Shown: one piece after another, positions 18,756 to 28,297 of the stretch | Layout of the letters: each line of letters begins with the position of its first letter | Numbering within the stretch: position 1 is the stretch's first letter | From: Bacteroidales bacterium | GTDB taxonomy: Bacteria; Bacteroidota; Bacteroidia; Bacteroidales; GCA-2748055 | NCBI GenBank assembly: GCA_029938715.1 | Contig: JAOZUK010000001.1 | Coordinates: 23,912 to 87,911, forward strand | Direction: 5' to 3' | Length of the DNA: 64,000 bases | Translations under genes and position numbers: made by a program | Notes under the pieces: generated by a model | The model's database searches: none | What the model was told of the DNA's origin: nothing | Seen by the model: only the letters and a program-made list of their open reading frames with translations

Positions 18756-21149
18756 CTAGAAATCGTCGTAGTCGCTGTTGCTGTTGGCCTCACTTATATC
18801 CGGGCAATCCATATCCACATAGAAATCAAGAGGCCTCTCAAAATCATCTGACATGAAAATACCCAATGTGGAATCGGCATAGATCCGTTTAAAGAATTCT
18901 CCATAAATGGGTAAAGCCATATTGGTCCCCGATCCCATGCTAAGCTCATCGAAGTGGATGGAACGGTCCTCTCCTCCCACCCAGGCTGCTGCAGTGATTT
19001 TAGGGGCTAGTCCAATGAACCAGCCATCGCTCTGGTTCTGGGTAGTTCCAGTCTTACCAGCCAGTTCGCCTTCAAACTTATATTTCCAACGCAATCTGTT
19101 AGAGGTCCCGACGTAAAACTCTCCCCTGTAGTCGTCTCTCATATCCACCACATTCCGGAGCAGGCTAAGCATCAGGTAGGCTGTCTCCTGGCTGATGGCC
19201 TCCTCCTCTCTGGGATGAAAGGTGGAGATTACATTGCCATACCTGTCTTCGATGCGCGTAACATAAGTGGGACTTACATAAATACCCCGGTTGGAGAAGG
19301 TGTTAAAAGAACCGACCATCTCCTCCAGCGAAATGTCGGAAGTTCCATAGATCATACTGGGTACGGGATCAATATAGGAAGTAACCCCCATTTTTCGCAT
19401 CAGGCTAATCACGTTCTGTGGATTGAAATTCTTAAATAACCAGGCTGAAACCCAGTTATGGGAGGTGGCCAGGCCCCATTTCAATGAGACCATCTTTCCA
19501 GCAAAGATATTCCGGCCCGGGGCCGTGGGGGTATAGGTGGTATCCTTATTGTCTATGATGTTCTTAAAAGTAGTGGATACCAGCGGGATCCTGGTACAGG
19601 GAGAGTAACCCTCCTGCATGGCCAGTAAGTAGAGGAAAGGTTTGATGGTGGAACCCACCTGTCTTCGTCCCTGGTAGACATGTTCATACTGAAAATAGCG
19701 GTAGTTGTGCCCGCCCACAAATGCTTTTACGGCGCCACTGACAGGATCCATGGCCATAAATCCGGCCCTCAGTATGTGTTTCATATAGCGGATGGAGTCC
19801 ATGGGCGACATAATGGTATCGATGTTGCCGTTCCATGCAAAAATTCGCATGTGCACCGGTTGATCGAAAGAATAGAGGATGGAATCCCAGGATGCCCCCC
19901 TGCCCTTCATATATCTGTACCTTTCGGTCTGTCTCACAGTGCGAAAAAGAATCAAATCGGACTCCTCCTTGCTTATACCCTCAAAAGGAGCATTGGGCCT
20001 TCCCTCCTTTTCCATAAAAAAAGCAGGTTGCAGGTAATCCTTCATTTGGGCTTCCACCGCCTCTTCGGCGTATTGCTGCATCTTGAAGTTTACGGTGGTG
20101 TAAATTTTCAATCCATCCCTGTAGAGGTCGTACTGTGTCCCATCGGGTTTATAGTTCTTATTGATCCAACCATACAGCCTGTCATCGGCCCATCGCATTG
20201 AATCGCGCCTGTAACGTTCCCAGGAAAGGATCCCTGAATTGTCGGAGGGCCTGACCGGGTTGGTTCTATTCATGAATTTCGACAGGAAGATGCGAAAATG
20301 CTTGGCATGTCCGGTGAGGTGACTGGCCAGGTTATAATCCACGCTGACGGGAAGTTTCCTGGTGGAGTCGGCCAGCTCCGAATCAATATAATCATACTTC
20401 TCCATTTGACTGATCACAATATTCCTTCTTTGAAAGGAGCGCTCGGGATTGATTCTGGGGTTGTAGGCGGTGGGAGCCTTGAGCATTCCCACCAGGATGG
20501 CTGCCTGATCCAGGGTCAGAGAATCGGGCGAGGTATTAAAAAAGGTCTTGGCAGCCGATTGAATTCCAACAATGGATTCTCCCCCGAAGGGAACCGTATT
20601 CAGGTACATGGTGAGAATCTCATTCTTTGTATAGGCTCGCTCCAACCTTACCCCCGTATTCCACTCTTTAAATTTATTTACTGCCATATGGGCTGCTCTG
20701 CCAACTTTGGTCTTGTTCACCGTTGTATCCCTGGGAAATAAATTCTTGGCAAGCTGTTGAGAGATGGTACTGCCCCCGCCTTCATTTTTACCAAGCAGAA
20801 CCGAATAGACCAGAACGCGGGAGAGACTTCTCAGATCAATCCCTGAATGCCTGTAATGACGCACATCTTCGGTGGCCACCAGTGCATCCACCAGGTGAGG
20901 GGCCAGATTCTCGTAATTTACGAAGGTCCTGTTTTCGATAAAATACTTCCCCAATACCTCTCCATCCTCAGTAATCAATTCGGTGGCCAGGTTAGTTTGA
21001 GGATTCTCTAATCGGGCAAAATCGGGCAGAAAACCCATTTTGCCATTGCCAATTAAAATCATGATCACAATGAACAATACCAGCGGAAGTGTGTATAGAG
21101 TCCAGAGGATCAGTAAATATTTTGTAGTTTTGCCAGGTTTTTGAGCCAT
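18756..21149 (-). CDS. mrcA: class A penicillin-binding protein 1A (transglycosylase/transpeptidase)
   Basis: ATEDVRH..HSGID, GGSTISQQLAKN, GSTIK, S.N, KTGT motifs; N-terminal TM; ATG at 21149. Confidence 0.92.
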   Translation of the reverse strand: MAQKPGKTTKYLLILWTLYTLPLVLFIVIMILIGNGKMGFLPDFARLENPQTNLATELITEDGEVLGKYFIENRTFVNYENLAPHLVDALVATEDVRHYRHSGIDLRSLSRVLVYSVLLGKNEGGGSTISQQLAKNLFPRDTTVNKTKVGRAAHMAVNKFKEWNTGVRLERAYTKNEILTMYLNTVPFGGESIVGIQSAAKTFFNTSPDSLTLDQAAILVGMLKAPTAYNPRINPERSFQRRNIVISQMEKYDYIDSELADSTRKLPVSVDYNLASHLTGHAKHFRIFLSKFMNRTNPVRPSDNSGILSWERYRRDSMRWADDRLYGWINKNYKPDGTQYDLYRDGLKIYTTVNFKMQQYAEEAVEAQMKDYLQPAFFMEKEGRPNAPFEGISKEESDLILFRTVRQTERYRYMKGRGASWDSILYSFDQPVHMRIFAWNGNIDTIMSPMDSIRYMKHILRAGFMAMDPVSGAVKAFVGGHNYRYFQYEHVYQGRRQVGSTIKPFLYLLAMQEGYSPCTRIPLVSTTFKNIIDNKDTTYTPTAPGRNIFAGKMVSLKWGLATSHNWVSAWLFKNFNPQNVISLMRKMGVTSYIDPVPSMIYGTSDISLEEMVGSFNTFSNRGIYVSPTYVTRIEDRYGNVISTFHPREEEAISQETAYLMLSLLRNVVDMRDDYRGEFYVGTSNRLRWKYKFEGELAGKTGTTQNQSDGWFIGLAPKITAAAWVGGEDRSIHFDELSMGSGTNMALPIYGEFFKRIYADSTLGIFMSDDFERPLDFYVDMDCPDISEANSNSDYDDF

Positions 21150-21260
21150 GAACAACCTAATTTGCGTCAAAAATAACAATTATTTGTACCAAAGTTTTGA
21201 TGGTGGGTGTTCATTTAATTTATTTTGTGATCATTTTATAAACGAAGGAGTAACAAAAAT

Positions 21261-23567
21261 ATGATAGAGAATCTGGTAATAGTTGAATCTCCAGCTAAAG
21301 CGAAAACCATTGAAAAGTTCCTTGGGAAAGCCTATACCGTAAGATCCAGTTTTGGACACATCAGGGATCTGGCCAAGAAAAATCTGGGAATAGATGTGGA
21401 GGGTGGTTTTACACCCCAGTATATTGTCCCGGTCGACAAGAAAAAGATAGTTAAGGAGTTAAAAGAGCTTGCATCCAAATCTAATATGGTATGGCTGGCC
21501 ACTGATGAGGACCGTGAAGGAGAAGCCATCGCATGGCACCTTTATGAAGAGCTGGGACTTGACAAAGATAAGACGCAAAGGATCGTCTTCCATGAGATTA
21601 CCAAAGACGCCATACTTAATGCACTGAACACACCCCGGAATATCGATACCCACCTGGTTAATGCTCAGCAGGCCAGAAGGGTTCTTGACCGCCTGGTGGG
21701 CTTTGAGCTCTCTCCGCTGTTGTGGAAAAAGGTAAAACCATCCCTCTCCGCTGGCAGGGTACAATCTGTGGCTGTAAAGCTGATCGTAGAAAAAGAGCGT
21801 GAAATTCAAAACTTTGCTTCCAAAAGATACTTTCGTGTGACCGGGTATTTTAATGTTCCGGATAAAACCGGAAATATGACTTCCCTGAAAGCTGACCTCT
21901 CCAAAAGATTTGATACAGTCGAACAGGCCAATGAGTTTCTTTCTGCCTGCCAGAAAAGCGAGTTTACAGTGGACAACATTGAAAAGAAGCCTCTGAAAAA
22001 ATCACCGGCTCCACCCTTTACAACCTCAACCCTGCAGCAGGAGGCCAGCAGGAAACTGGGGTTCTCTGTAAATCAGACCATGTCGGTGGCCCAGCGGCTG
22101 TATGAATCGGGAAAGATCACCTACATGAGGACCGACTCTGTAAATCTGTCCAAACTGGCCATCGGAACTGCAGCTCAGCAGATCAAGAACTCCTTTGGAG
22201 ATAAATACCACAAATCGAGAAATTTCACCACCAAGGCAAAAGGTGCACAGGAGGCCCACGAAGCCATCAGGCCCACCTATATGAACAAACCCACTGTAGA
22301 GGGCAGTAGGCAGGAACAAAGGTTATATGAATTGATATGGAAAAGGACCCTGGCATCGCAAATGAGTGAAGCACAGCTTGAGAAAACCACCATCTCTATT
22401 GGGATCTCAAAAGCAACTGAGCGTTTTGTAGCTACCGGAGAGGTTCTCAAATTTGATGGTTTCCTGAAAGTCTATATGGAATCATCCGATGAAGAGCAGG
22501 AAGAGGATACCCGGGGACTGCTCCCGCCGGTCAGCATTAAGGATGTTCTGGAAAGAAAAACCATTGAAGCTACAGAAAAATCGACCCTGCAACCTCCCCG
22601 CTATACAGAGGCCAGCCTGGTGAAAAAGATGGAAGAGCTTGGAATTGGACGTCCCTCCACCTATGCACCTACCATATCGACGGTGCAAAACAGAGAATAT
22701 GTGGTTAAAGAGGACAGACCAGGCAGTCTGCGCGAAATGACCCAGCTTATTTTAAAGGAAGATGCCATAAAAAAGCAGGTAGTGCAGGAGAAATATGGTT
22801 TTGATAAATCTAAACTATTTCCCACCGATATAGGGATTATCGTCAATGATTTTCTGGAGCAGTACTTTCAGAATATCATGGACTTCAATTTTACTGCATC
22901 TGTGGAGAAGGAGTTTGATGAGATCGCCATTGGAAGTGTGGACTGGCCCAAAATGATCGAGCGTTTTTACAAACCCTTTCATACCAAGGTGGACTCGGCC
23001 ACCCAAAACTCTGAACGCTCTAAAGGAGAGAAATTACTTGGAGAAGATCCCGAATCAGGAAAGCCCATCAGCGTGAAGATCGGTCGATTTGGTCCCATTG
23101 CCCAGATTGGCGTAGCCAGTGATGAGGAGAAACCCAGGTTTGCCAGCCTGCTTAAAGGCCAGAGTCTTGAGACCATCACCATCGAAGAGGCGTTGGAACT
23201 TTTCCGTCTACCCCGTGACATTGGTAAGTACGAGGATGAAGATATGGTCATAGCTATTGGGAAATACGGTCCCTATGTGAGACACAAATCCAAGTTTTAC
23301 AGCCTGGACAATACCGATGATCCCTATACCATCAAACCGGAACGTGCCATTGAAATCATACAGGAGAAGCGAACTCAGGAAGAGAACCGGAACATCAAAC
23401 AGTTTGATGAAGAACCCGGACTATTGGTTCTGAAAGGCCGCTATGGTCCCTACATATCCTTTAAAAAGAAAAATTACAGGATTCCCAAAAGCAAAAAGCC
23501 CGAAGAGCTGACCCTTGAAGAGTGTCGGGAGATCATCGAAAAGGCAAGTTCCCGGACAAAAAAATAA
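21261..23567 (+). CDS. topA: DNA topoisomerase I
   Basis: IVESPAKAKTI, ATDEDREGEAIAWH, SAGRVQS, ITYMRTDS, Topo_C repeats (GRFGP, GKYGPY, GRYGPY). Confidence 0.98.
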   Translation: MIENLVIVESPAKAKTIEKFLGKAYTVRSSFGHIRDLAKKNLGIDVEGGFTPQYIVPVDKKKIVKELKELASKSNMVWLATDEDREGEAIAWHLYEELGLDKDKTQRIVFHEITKDAILNALNTPRNIDTHLVNAQQARRVLDRLVGFELSPLLWKKVKPSLSAGRVQSVAVKLIVEKEREIQNFASKRYFRVTGYFNVPDKTGNMTSLKADLSKRFDTVEQANEFLSACQKSEFTVDNIEKKPLKKSPAPPFTTSTLQQEASRKLGFSVNQTMSVAQRLYESGKITYMRTDSVNLSKLAIGTAAQQIKNSFGDKYHKSRNFTTKAKGAQEAHEAIRPTYMNKPTVEGSRQEQRLYELIWKRTLASQMSEAQLEKTTISIGISKATERFVATGEVLKFDGFLKVYMESSDEEQEEDTRGLLPPVSIKDVLERKTIEATEKSTLQPPRYTEASLVKKMEELGIGRPSTYAPTISTVQNREYVVKEDRPGSLREMTQLILKEDAIKKQVVQEKYGFDKSKLFPTDIGIIVNDFLEQYFQNIMDFNFTASVEKEFDEIAIGSVDWPKMIERFYKPFHTKVDSATQNSERSKGEKLLGEDPESGKPISVKIGRFGPIAQIGVASDEEKPRFASLLKGQSLETITIEEALELFRLPRDIGKYEDEDMVIAIGKYGPYVRHKSKFYSLDNTDDPYTIKPERAIEIIQEKRTQEENRNIKQFDEEPGLLVLKGRYGPYISFKKKNYRIPKSKKPEELTLEECREIIEKASSRTKK

Positions 23568-23589
23568 ACCCAAACAAAAGTGTACCCTC

Positions 23590-24765
23590 ATGGATCTGAA
23601 TGGATATCTCAATCCGGTTAGCCTGGAAAGACCCGAATTTGAATACCTGGAAGGAACAGAATCTTTCAGTCACCATATTTCGGTGCACACGCCGGATCAC
23701 CCCATCAGAGAGCTGGATAAGCACAAGGTCGCTATTATAGGAGTTCCGGTGGATTCCAATGCCTTTATCAGGGGAAGTAAGGATTCCCCTGATAAGATTC
23801 GTAATAAACTTTACCAGTTAAGCAGGATCAACAAGAACCTGAAGATCTATGACCTGGGTAATGTGAAGAACGGTGGATCGGTCAATGATACCTACTATGC
23901 CTTGAGAGATATTCTCCTGGAACTTAAGGAGCGTGATATGGTGACTATCATCCTGGGAGGATCTCAGGACCTGTGCCGCGGGGTATTTTTTGCCCTTGAA
24001 AAGCAGGAGGGGCTGCATCAGATACTCACCATAGATTCCATGCTTGACTTCTCCTTCGATAAGCAAACTGTGCACTCTCGTAACTATCTGAATCAGATAC
24101 TTCAACCCAACTGCAAATCTCTTTTTGGTTTCACCAATCTGGGACACCAGGCTTATTTTGTGACTGACAATCAGTTGGAGCAACTGGAGAAATCATACCT
24201 GGAAAGCATCCGGCTGGGAGACGCCAGAAAAAACATCAGTGATACCGAGCCTCTGATCCGTGATTCTGAATTTATCAGCATTGACATGGGTGTTGTAAGG
24301 CATTCTGATGCTCCCGGTGCATCTACCCCATCGCCCAACGGTTTCCTTGGTGAAGAATTATGCCAGATTACCCGATATGCAGGGCTTAGTGAACAGGTCA
24401 GGATCCTGGGATTCTTTGAATTGAATCCGGAAAAGGATAGCAATGACCAGACGGCCCACCTGGCAGCCCAATCTGCCTGGTACTTTCTGGAAGGTCTTTC
24501 ACATCGCATTTATGAGAATCCACTTCATACTCCGGAGCACATCAAAAAGTTTATTGTAAACCTGAATGCTGCCGGTCATGACATTGTTTTTCATAAAAGC
24601 ACACTGTCGGACAGATGGTGGATGGAGATTCCCGTAAAAAATCCTGTCTCAGGATATAACTTTTTTGTTTCATGTGCGTATGAGGATTACCGGCAGGCAT
24701 GTAATGAGGAATTACCTGACCGTTGGTGGCGTTTTTTACACAGACTGGGTAATGAAACTGAATAA
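23590..24765 (+). CDS. arginase/formimidoylglutamase-fold protein with degenerate metal motifs
   Basis: IIGVP...DLGN, GGSQD, DSMLD, SIDMG, DAPG..PSPNG, ELNP; extra C-terminal domain (DRWWME). Confidence 0.8.
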   Translation: MDLNGYLNPVSLERPEFEYLEGTESFSHHISVHTPDHPIRELDKHKVAIIGVPVDSNAFIRGSKDSPDKIRNKLYQLSRINKNLKIYDLGNVKNGGSVNDTYYALRDILLELKERDMVTIILGGSQDLCRGVFFALEKQEGLHQILTIDSMLDFSFDKQTVHSRNYLNQILQPNCKSLFGFTNLGHQAYFVTDNQLEQLEKSYLESIRLGDARKNISDTEPLIRDSEFISIDMGVVRHSDAPGASTPSPNGFLGEELCQITRYAGLSEQVRILGFFELNPEKDSNDQTAHLAAQSAWYFLEGLSHRIYENPLHTPEHIKKFIVNLNAAGHDIVFHKSTLSDRWWMEIPVKNPVSGYNFFVSCAYEDYRQACNEELPDRWWRFLHRLGNETE

Positions 24766-24851
24766 TTTTCGTTTCTAAATCAGATTTGAATTAACAGGGG
24801 GAGATCAGACGCCCGATTTAAGCCATTAGTTATAAACATTCCTCTGTTAAT

Positions 24852-24859
24852 TATATTTG
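24852..24859 (+). promoter_or_regulatory. -7 element TATATTTG upstream of the porP-porKLMN operon
   Basis: Exact TAnnTTTG about 80 nt before the porP ATG. Confidence 0.5.
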
Positions 24860-24940
24860 TGTTGTAGAACAATTTTTGCTTATTTTTAGGAGTGCTAAAA
24901 AAGCTAGAGAAATAAAGCCTTACAGTGAGTTAAGCGGACA

Positions 24941-25879
24941 ATGAAAAGATTGGTGATCATATGTATTTTCGGTGTTGTTTCAGTGAGTCTTCTGGCTCAG
25001 CAGGACCCGAAATTCAGCCAGAATATGTTCCTGGTTCCGGTATATAATCCCGGAGCGGTGGGAAGCACCGATAAGATTTGTCTGGCTGCCGCTTTCAGAA
25101 ACCAGTGGGCCGGCCTGCCCGACGCTCCTGTTACCACCACATTTACTGCTAATATGCCGGTTAACTTCCTGGGCAGGTCCCATGGCATCGGAATTAATTT
25201 GATGAATGATAACCTGGCATTTAACAATGACTTCAATATCAGTTTCTCTTATGCATTCAGGATTGATCTGGGTACAGGAAGCCTGGGGATCGGGACCAGT
25301 TTAGGGCTTGCCAATCAGTCGCTGACACCCTCCTGGAACGGAGCAGATATCATTAAATGGGAAGGCGATGGCGCCATACCACAAACCGGGGGAAGTGTCT
25401 TTGGGTTTGACATGGGACTTGGAGTTTATTACAATACAGACAACCTCTATGTGGGCGCTTCGACCACACACCTGAATCAAACCTCCTTTGACTATCCAGA
25501 CGATGTGGCAGAAACAAAACTGATCAGGCATTACTACCTGATGGCAGGATATAACATCCAGCTAACCAATCCCATGTTCGAAATCATGCCTTCCCTCATG
25601 CTTCAGTCAGACGCAAGGTCTCACCATATTTACCTGAATACGAATGTGAGATACAATAAAAGATTCTGGGGAGGAGTTTCTTATTCAGTTGGGGGTGCCC
25701 TCTCGGCTCTGTTAGGAATAGAATTAATGAATGGGATTAAAATAGGATACTCATACGATTTCGAACTTTCCCCAATGATGAAATATAGCAGCGGTTCTCA
25801 TGAAATTACGGTTCGATACTGTTTCGATCTCAGTAATGACAGGAGTCCGCAGAAGTATAAGAGTATTAGATTTTTATAA
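24941..25879 (+). CDS. porP: T9SS PorP/SprF family outer-membrane protein
   Basis: QQDPKFSQ, NPG, RNQW.G...AP.T, GYSYD, GSHEI; directly upstream of porK. Confidence 0.9.
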   Translation: MKRLVIICIFGVVSVSLLAQQDPKFSQNMFLVPVYNPGAVGSTDKICLAAAFRNQWAGLPDAPVTTTFTANMPVNFLGRSHGIGINLMNDNLAFNNDFNISFSYAFRIDLGTGSLGIGTSLGLANQSLTPSWNGADIIKWEGDGAIPQTGGSVFGFDMGLGVYYNTDNLYVGASTTHLNQTSFDYPDDVAETKLIRHYYLMAGYNIQLTNPMFEIMPSLMLQSDARSHHIYLNTNVRYNKRFWGGVSYSVGGALSALLGIELMNGIKIGYSYDFELSPMMKYSSGSHEITVRYCFDLSNDRSPQKYKSIRFL

Positions 25880-25912
25880 AGTTGGTTTTTTGCATCTATT
25901 AAGCATATAGCT

Positions 25913-27298
25913 ATGAGACGATTCGTTTTTTTGATTTTTATTGCTGCCCTCATCGGAAGTTGTAGTTCAAGCGGCAGCGGTGAGCTTGTAGGGGTTGATG
26001 GGAGAAAAGCATATGCCGAACCCGATCCTTTTGGAATGGTTCCGATTCCCACTGGCTCATTTTTGATGGGCCCAAGTGATCAGGATGTGACATGGACACA
26101 GAACAGCATGTCCAGAACAGTAGCTGTGGATGCATTCTGGATGGACGAAACAGAGATCACGAACAACGAATACCGGCAGTATGTGAACTGGGTTCGTGAT
26201 TCCATCATCAGGAAAGAGTTGGCCATGCAGGGCATCGAAGACTTCATCAAGAAAGACGATGAAGAACAACCCTATGAAGACAGGGATGGAGAACCAGTGA
26301 TTAACTGGAATGCCTCCATGGACCTTTCCAAGGATAAAGAAGGCAATATCGAGCCCATCATTGAAGATCTTGGTATCTATTACAGTGGCGCCGACAGGCT
26401 CTCCTTCAATGCCAAAGAGCTCAATGTGACAAAGCTCATTTATAACTACTACTGGGTGGACCTTGTACAGGCTTCAAGAGCAGCCAATAGTTTTCGTCTG
26501 GATTACTCCGGTGGCAATACAGATCCGGTGGTTTCATACGGTGGAACTGTAACCAGGCCCAACGGGGAACAGGAGGAAATTACCAGCAGGGCTTCCTTTG
26601 TAAATAAAGATTGGGTGCTTGTGTACCCCGATACCCTGGTATGGGTGAGAGATTTCACCTTCTCCTTTAACGAGCCCATGACCAACATGTATTTCCGCTC
26701 TCCATCCTACGACAACTATCCGGTGGTGGGGATCAGCTGGAAGCAGGCAAGTGCTTTCTGCAACTGGAGAACCAATTTCCTGAACCAGTCTCTGATTGCA
26801 AATGGTCAACCCATCGTTCAAAACTACAGGTTACCCATTGAAGCCGAATGGGAATACGCTGCCAGGGGAGGCTTGGACCACAGCATGTATCCGTGGGGAG
26901 GTGTTTATCTGAGAAATAAACTGGGTTGCTTTATTGCCAACTTTAAGCCACTACGTGGTAATTACACCGACGACGGTTCCATGTACCCGGCCAGGGTTGG
27001 ATATTATGGAGTACCCAATGAATTTGGCCTCTATGACATGGCTGGTAATGTAGCCGAGTGGACCATCACAGCTTATGATCCTTCTGCATATGTATTTTCA
27101 CACGATATGAACCCCTATTACAATTACAATGCAAAACCTGATGACCCGCCCGTGATGAAGCGCAAGGTGGTCAGGGGTGGATCCTGGAAAGACATTGCCC
27201 GTTACCTGCAGGTCAGTACTCGTGATTATGAGTACCAGGATACAGTAAAATCCTACATTGGATTCAGGTGCGTGCGTTCATATTTAGGTGATCAATAA
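25913..27298 (+). CDS. gldK: T9SS ring lipoprotein GldK/PorK (FGE-sulfatase fold)
   Basis: Lipobox IGSC, GELVG, MDETEITN.EY, YPVVG.SW.QA, RLP.EAEWEYAARGG, GFRCVR. Confidence 0.93.
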   Translation: MRRFVFLIFIAALIGSCSSSGSGELVGVDGRKAYAEPDPFGMVPIPTGSFLMGPSDQDVTWTQNSMSRTVAVDAFWMDETEITNNEYRQYVNWVRDSIIRKELAMQGIEDFIKKDDEEQPYEDRDGEPVINWNASMDLSKDKEGNIEPIIEDLGIYYSGADRLSFNAKELNVTKLIYNYYWVDLVQASRAANSFRLDYSGGNTDPVVSYGGTVTRPNGEQEEITSRASFVNKDWVLVYPDTLVWVRDFTFSFNEPMTNMYFRSPSYDNYPVVGISWKQASAFCNWRTNFLNQSLIANGQPIVQNYRLPIEAEWEYAARGGLDHSMYPWGGVYLRNKLGCFIANFKPLRGNYTDDGSMYPARVGYYGVPNEFGLYDMAGNVAEWTITAYDPSAYVFSHDMNPYYNYNAKPDDPPVMKRKVVRGGSWKDIARYLQVSTRDYEYQDTVKSYIGFRCVRSYLGDQ

Positions 27299-27314
27299 TT
27301 AAATATTTGATATA

Positions 27315-28277
27315 ATGGGAATTACAGAATTAGTTCAAAGCTCAGGATGGAAGAGTTTTACAGCCAAGCTGTATGGGTTCGGAGCCTCCATAGTTATTAT
27401 TGGTGCCCTCTTTAAAATCCAGCACTGGCCTTTTGCAGGCGCAGCTTTAACCTCGGGGCTTTTGATTGAAGCGGTTATTTTCTTCTTCTCAGCCTTCGAA
27501 CCACTCCATGAAGAATTAGACTGGACCCTGGTTTATCCCGAGTTGGCAGGTATGTCGGATCCGGATGAAATTGATGAGTACAAAGAACAGGCCATTGCAG
27601 ATCGAAATGTGGGACTACAAAAATTTGATGAACTATTCCAGCAATCTCAGATCAATGCTGAAGATGTGAGAAGTTTAGGTAAGCATCTGAATACCATCTC
27701 GACCACTACCGAAACTATTGGGGATATCACCTCAGCCTCCCTGGTCACCAAGGAGTATTTTGATAAGATGGGTTCTGCGGCACAAAATATGGATACCGTT
27801 GCAACCGCCTACGGAACTAATACTGGTGAGCTCAATGAATCGGTCAATACCCTGGCAACATCTTACAAGAACACTGCTACGCTGATCGATCAGAAAGGCC
27901 AGGACATTGCAGATAAGTTTGCCACGTCCAGTGCCAACCTGACCGCCACCTATGAAGCCATGTCGGGTGAGGTGAAGCAGGAACATACCAGTATTTCTCA
28001 AAGCCAGAAGCAATTTAACCAGCAACTTGAGACCTTAAACAAAAACCTTGGAGAGCTGAACTCATCCTATTCCGATCAAGTGAAGGGCAGCAAGGAACAC
28101 TTGCAGGGAACTGCCGGAGTTTTCAAAGGGCTGAATGAGATGATTACAAGCCTCCAGACATCGGTGGAAGAGACCCAGAAGTACAAAAGTGAGATTGTCA
28201 AACTTAGCGAAAGTCTTTCTGAGCTTAACAATGTGTATGGCAATATGCTCTCCGCAATGAGCATTAGAAAGAAGTAA
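27315..28277 (+). CDS. gldL: T9SS motor subunit GldL/PorL
   Basis: YGFGASIVIIGALFKIQHW, EA.IFF.SAFEP, DWTLVYPEL, LNNVYGNMLSAM. Confidence 0.95.
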   Translation: MGITELVQSSGWKSFTAKLYGFGASIVIIGALFKIQHWPFAGAALTSGLLIEAVIFFFSAFEPLHEELDWTLVYPELAGMSDPDEIDEYKEQAIADRNVGLQKFDELFQQSQINAEDVRSLGKHLNTISTTTETIGDITSASLVTKEYFDKMGSAAQNMDTVATAYGTNTGELNESVNTLATSYKNTATLIDQKGQDIADKFATSSANLTATYEAMSGEVKQEHTSISQSQKQFNQQLETLNKNLGELNSSYSDQVKGSKEHLQGTAGVFKGLNEMITSLQTSVEETQKYKSEIVKLSESLSELNNVYGNMLSAMSIRKK

Positions 28278-28297
28278 TTAACCTTTAATCCTGATCT

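Noticed and set aside
21175-21192. sigma54-like TTGGTAC...ATTG on the minus strand before PBP1A
   Set aside because: The -24/-12 spacing is off by one base, which sigma54 does not tolerate
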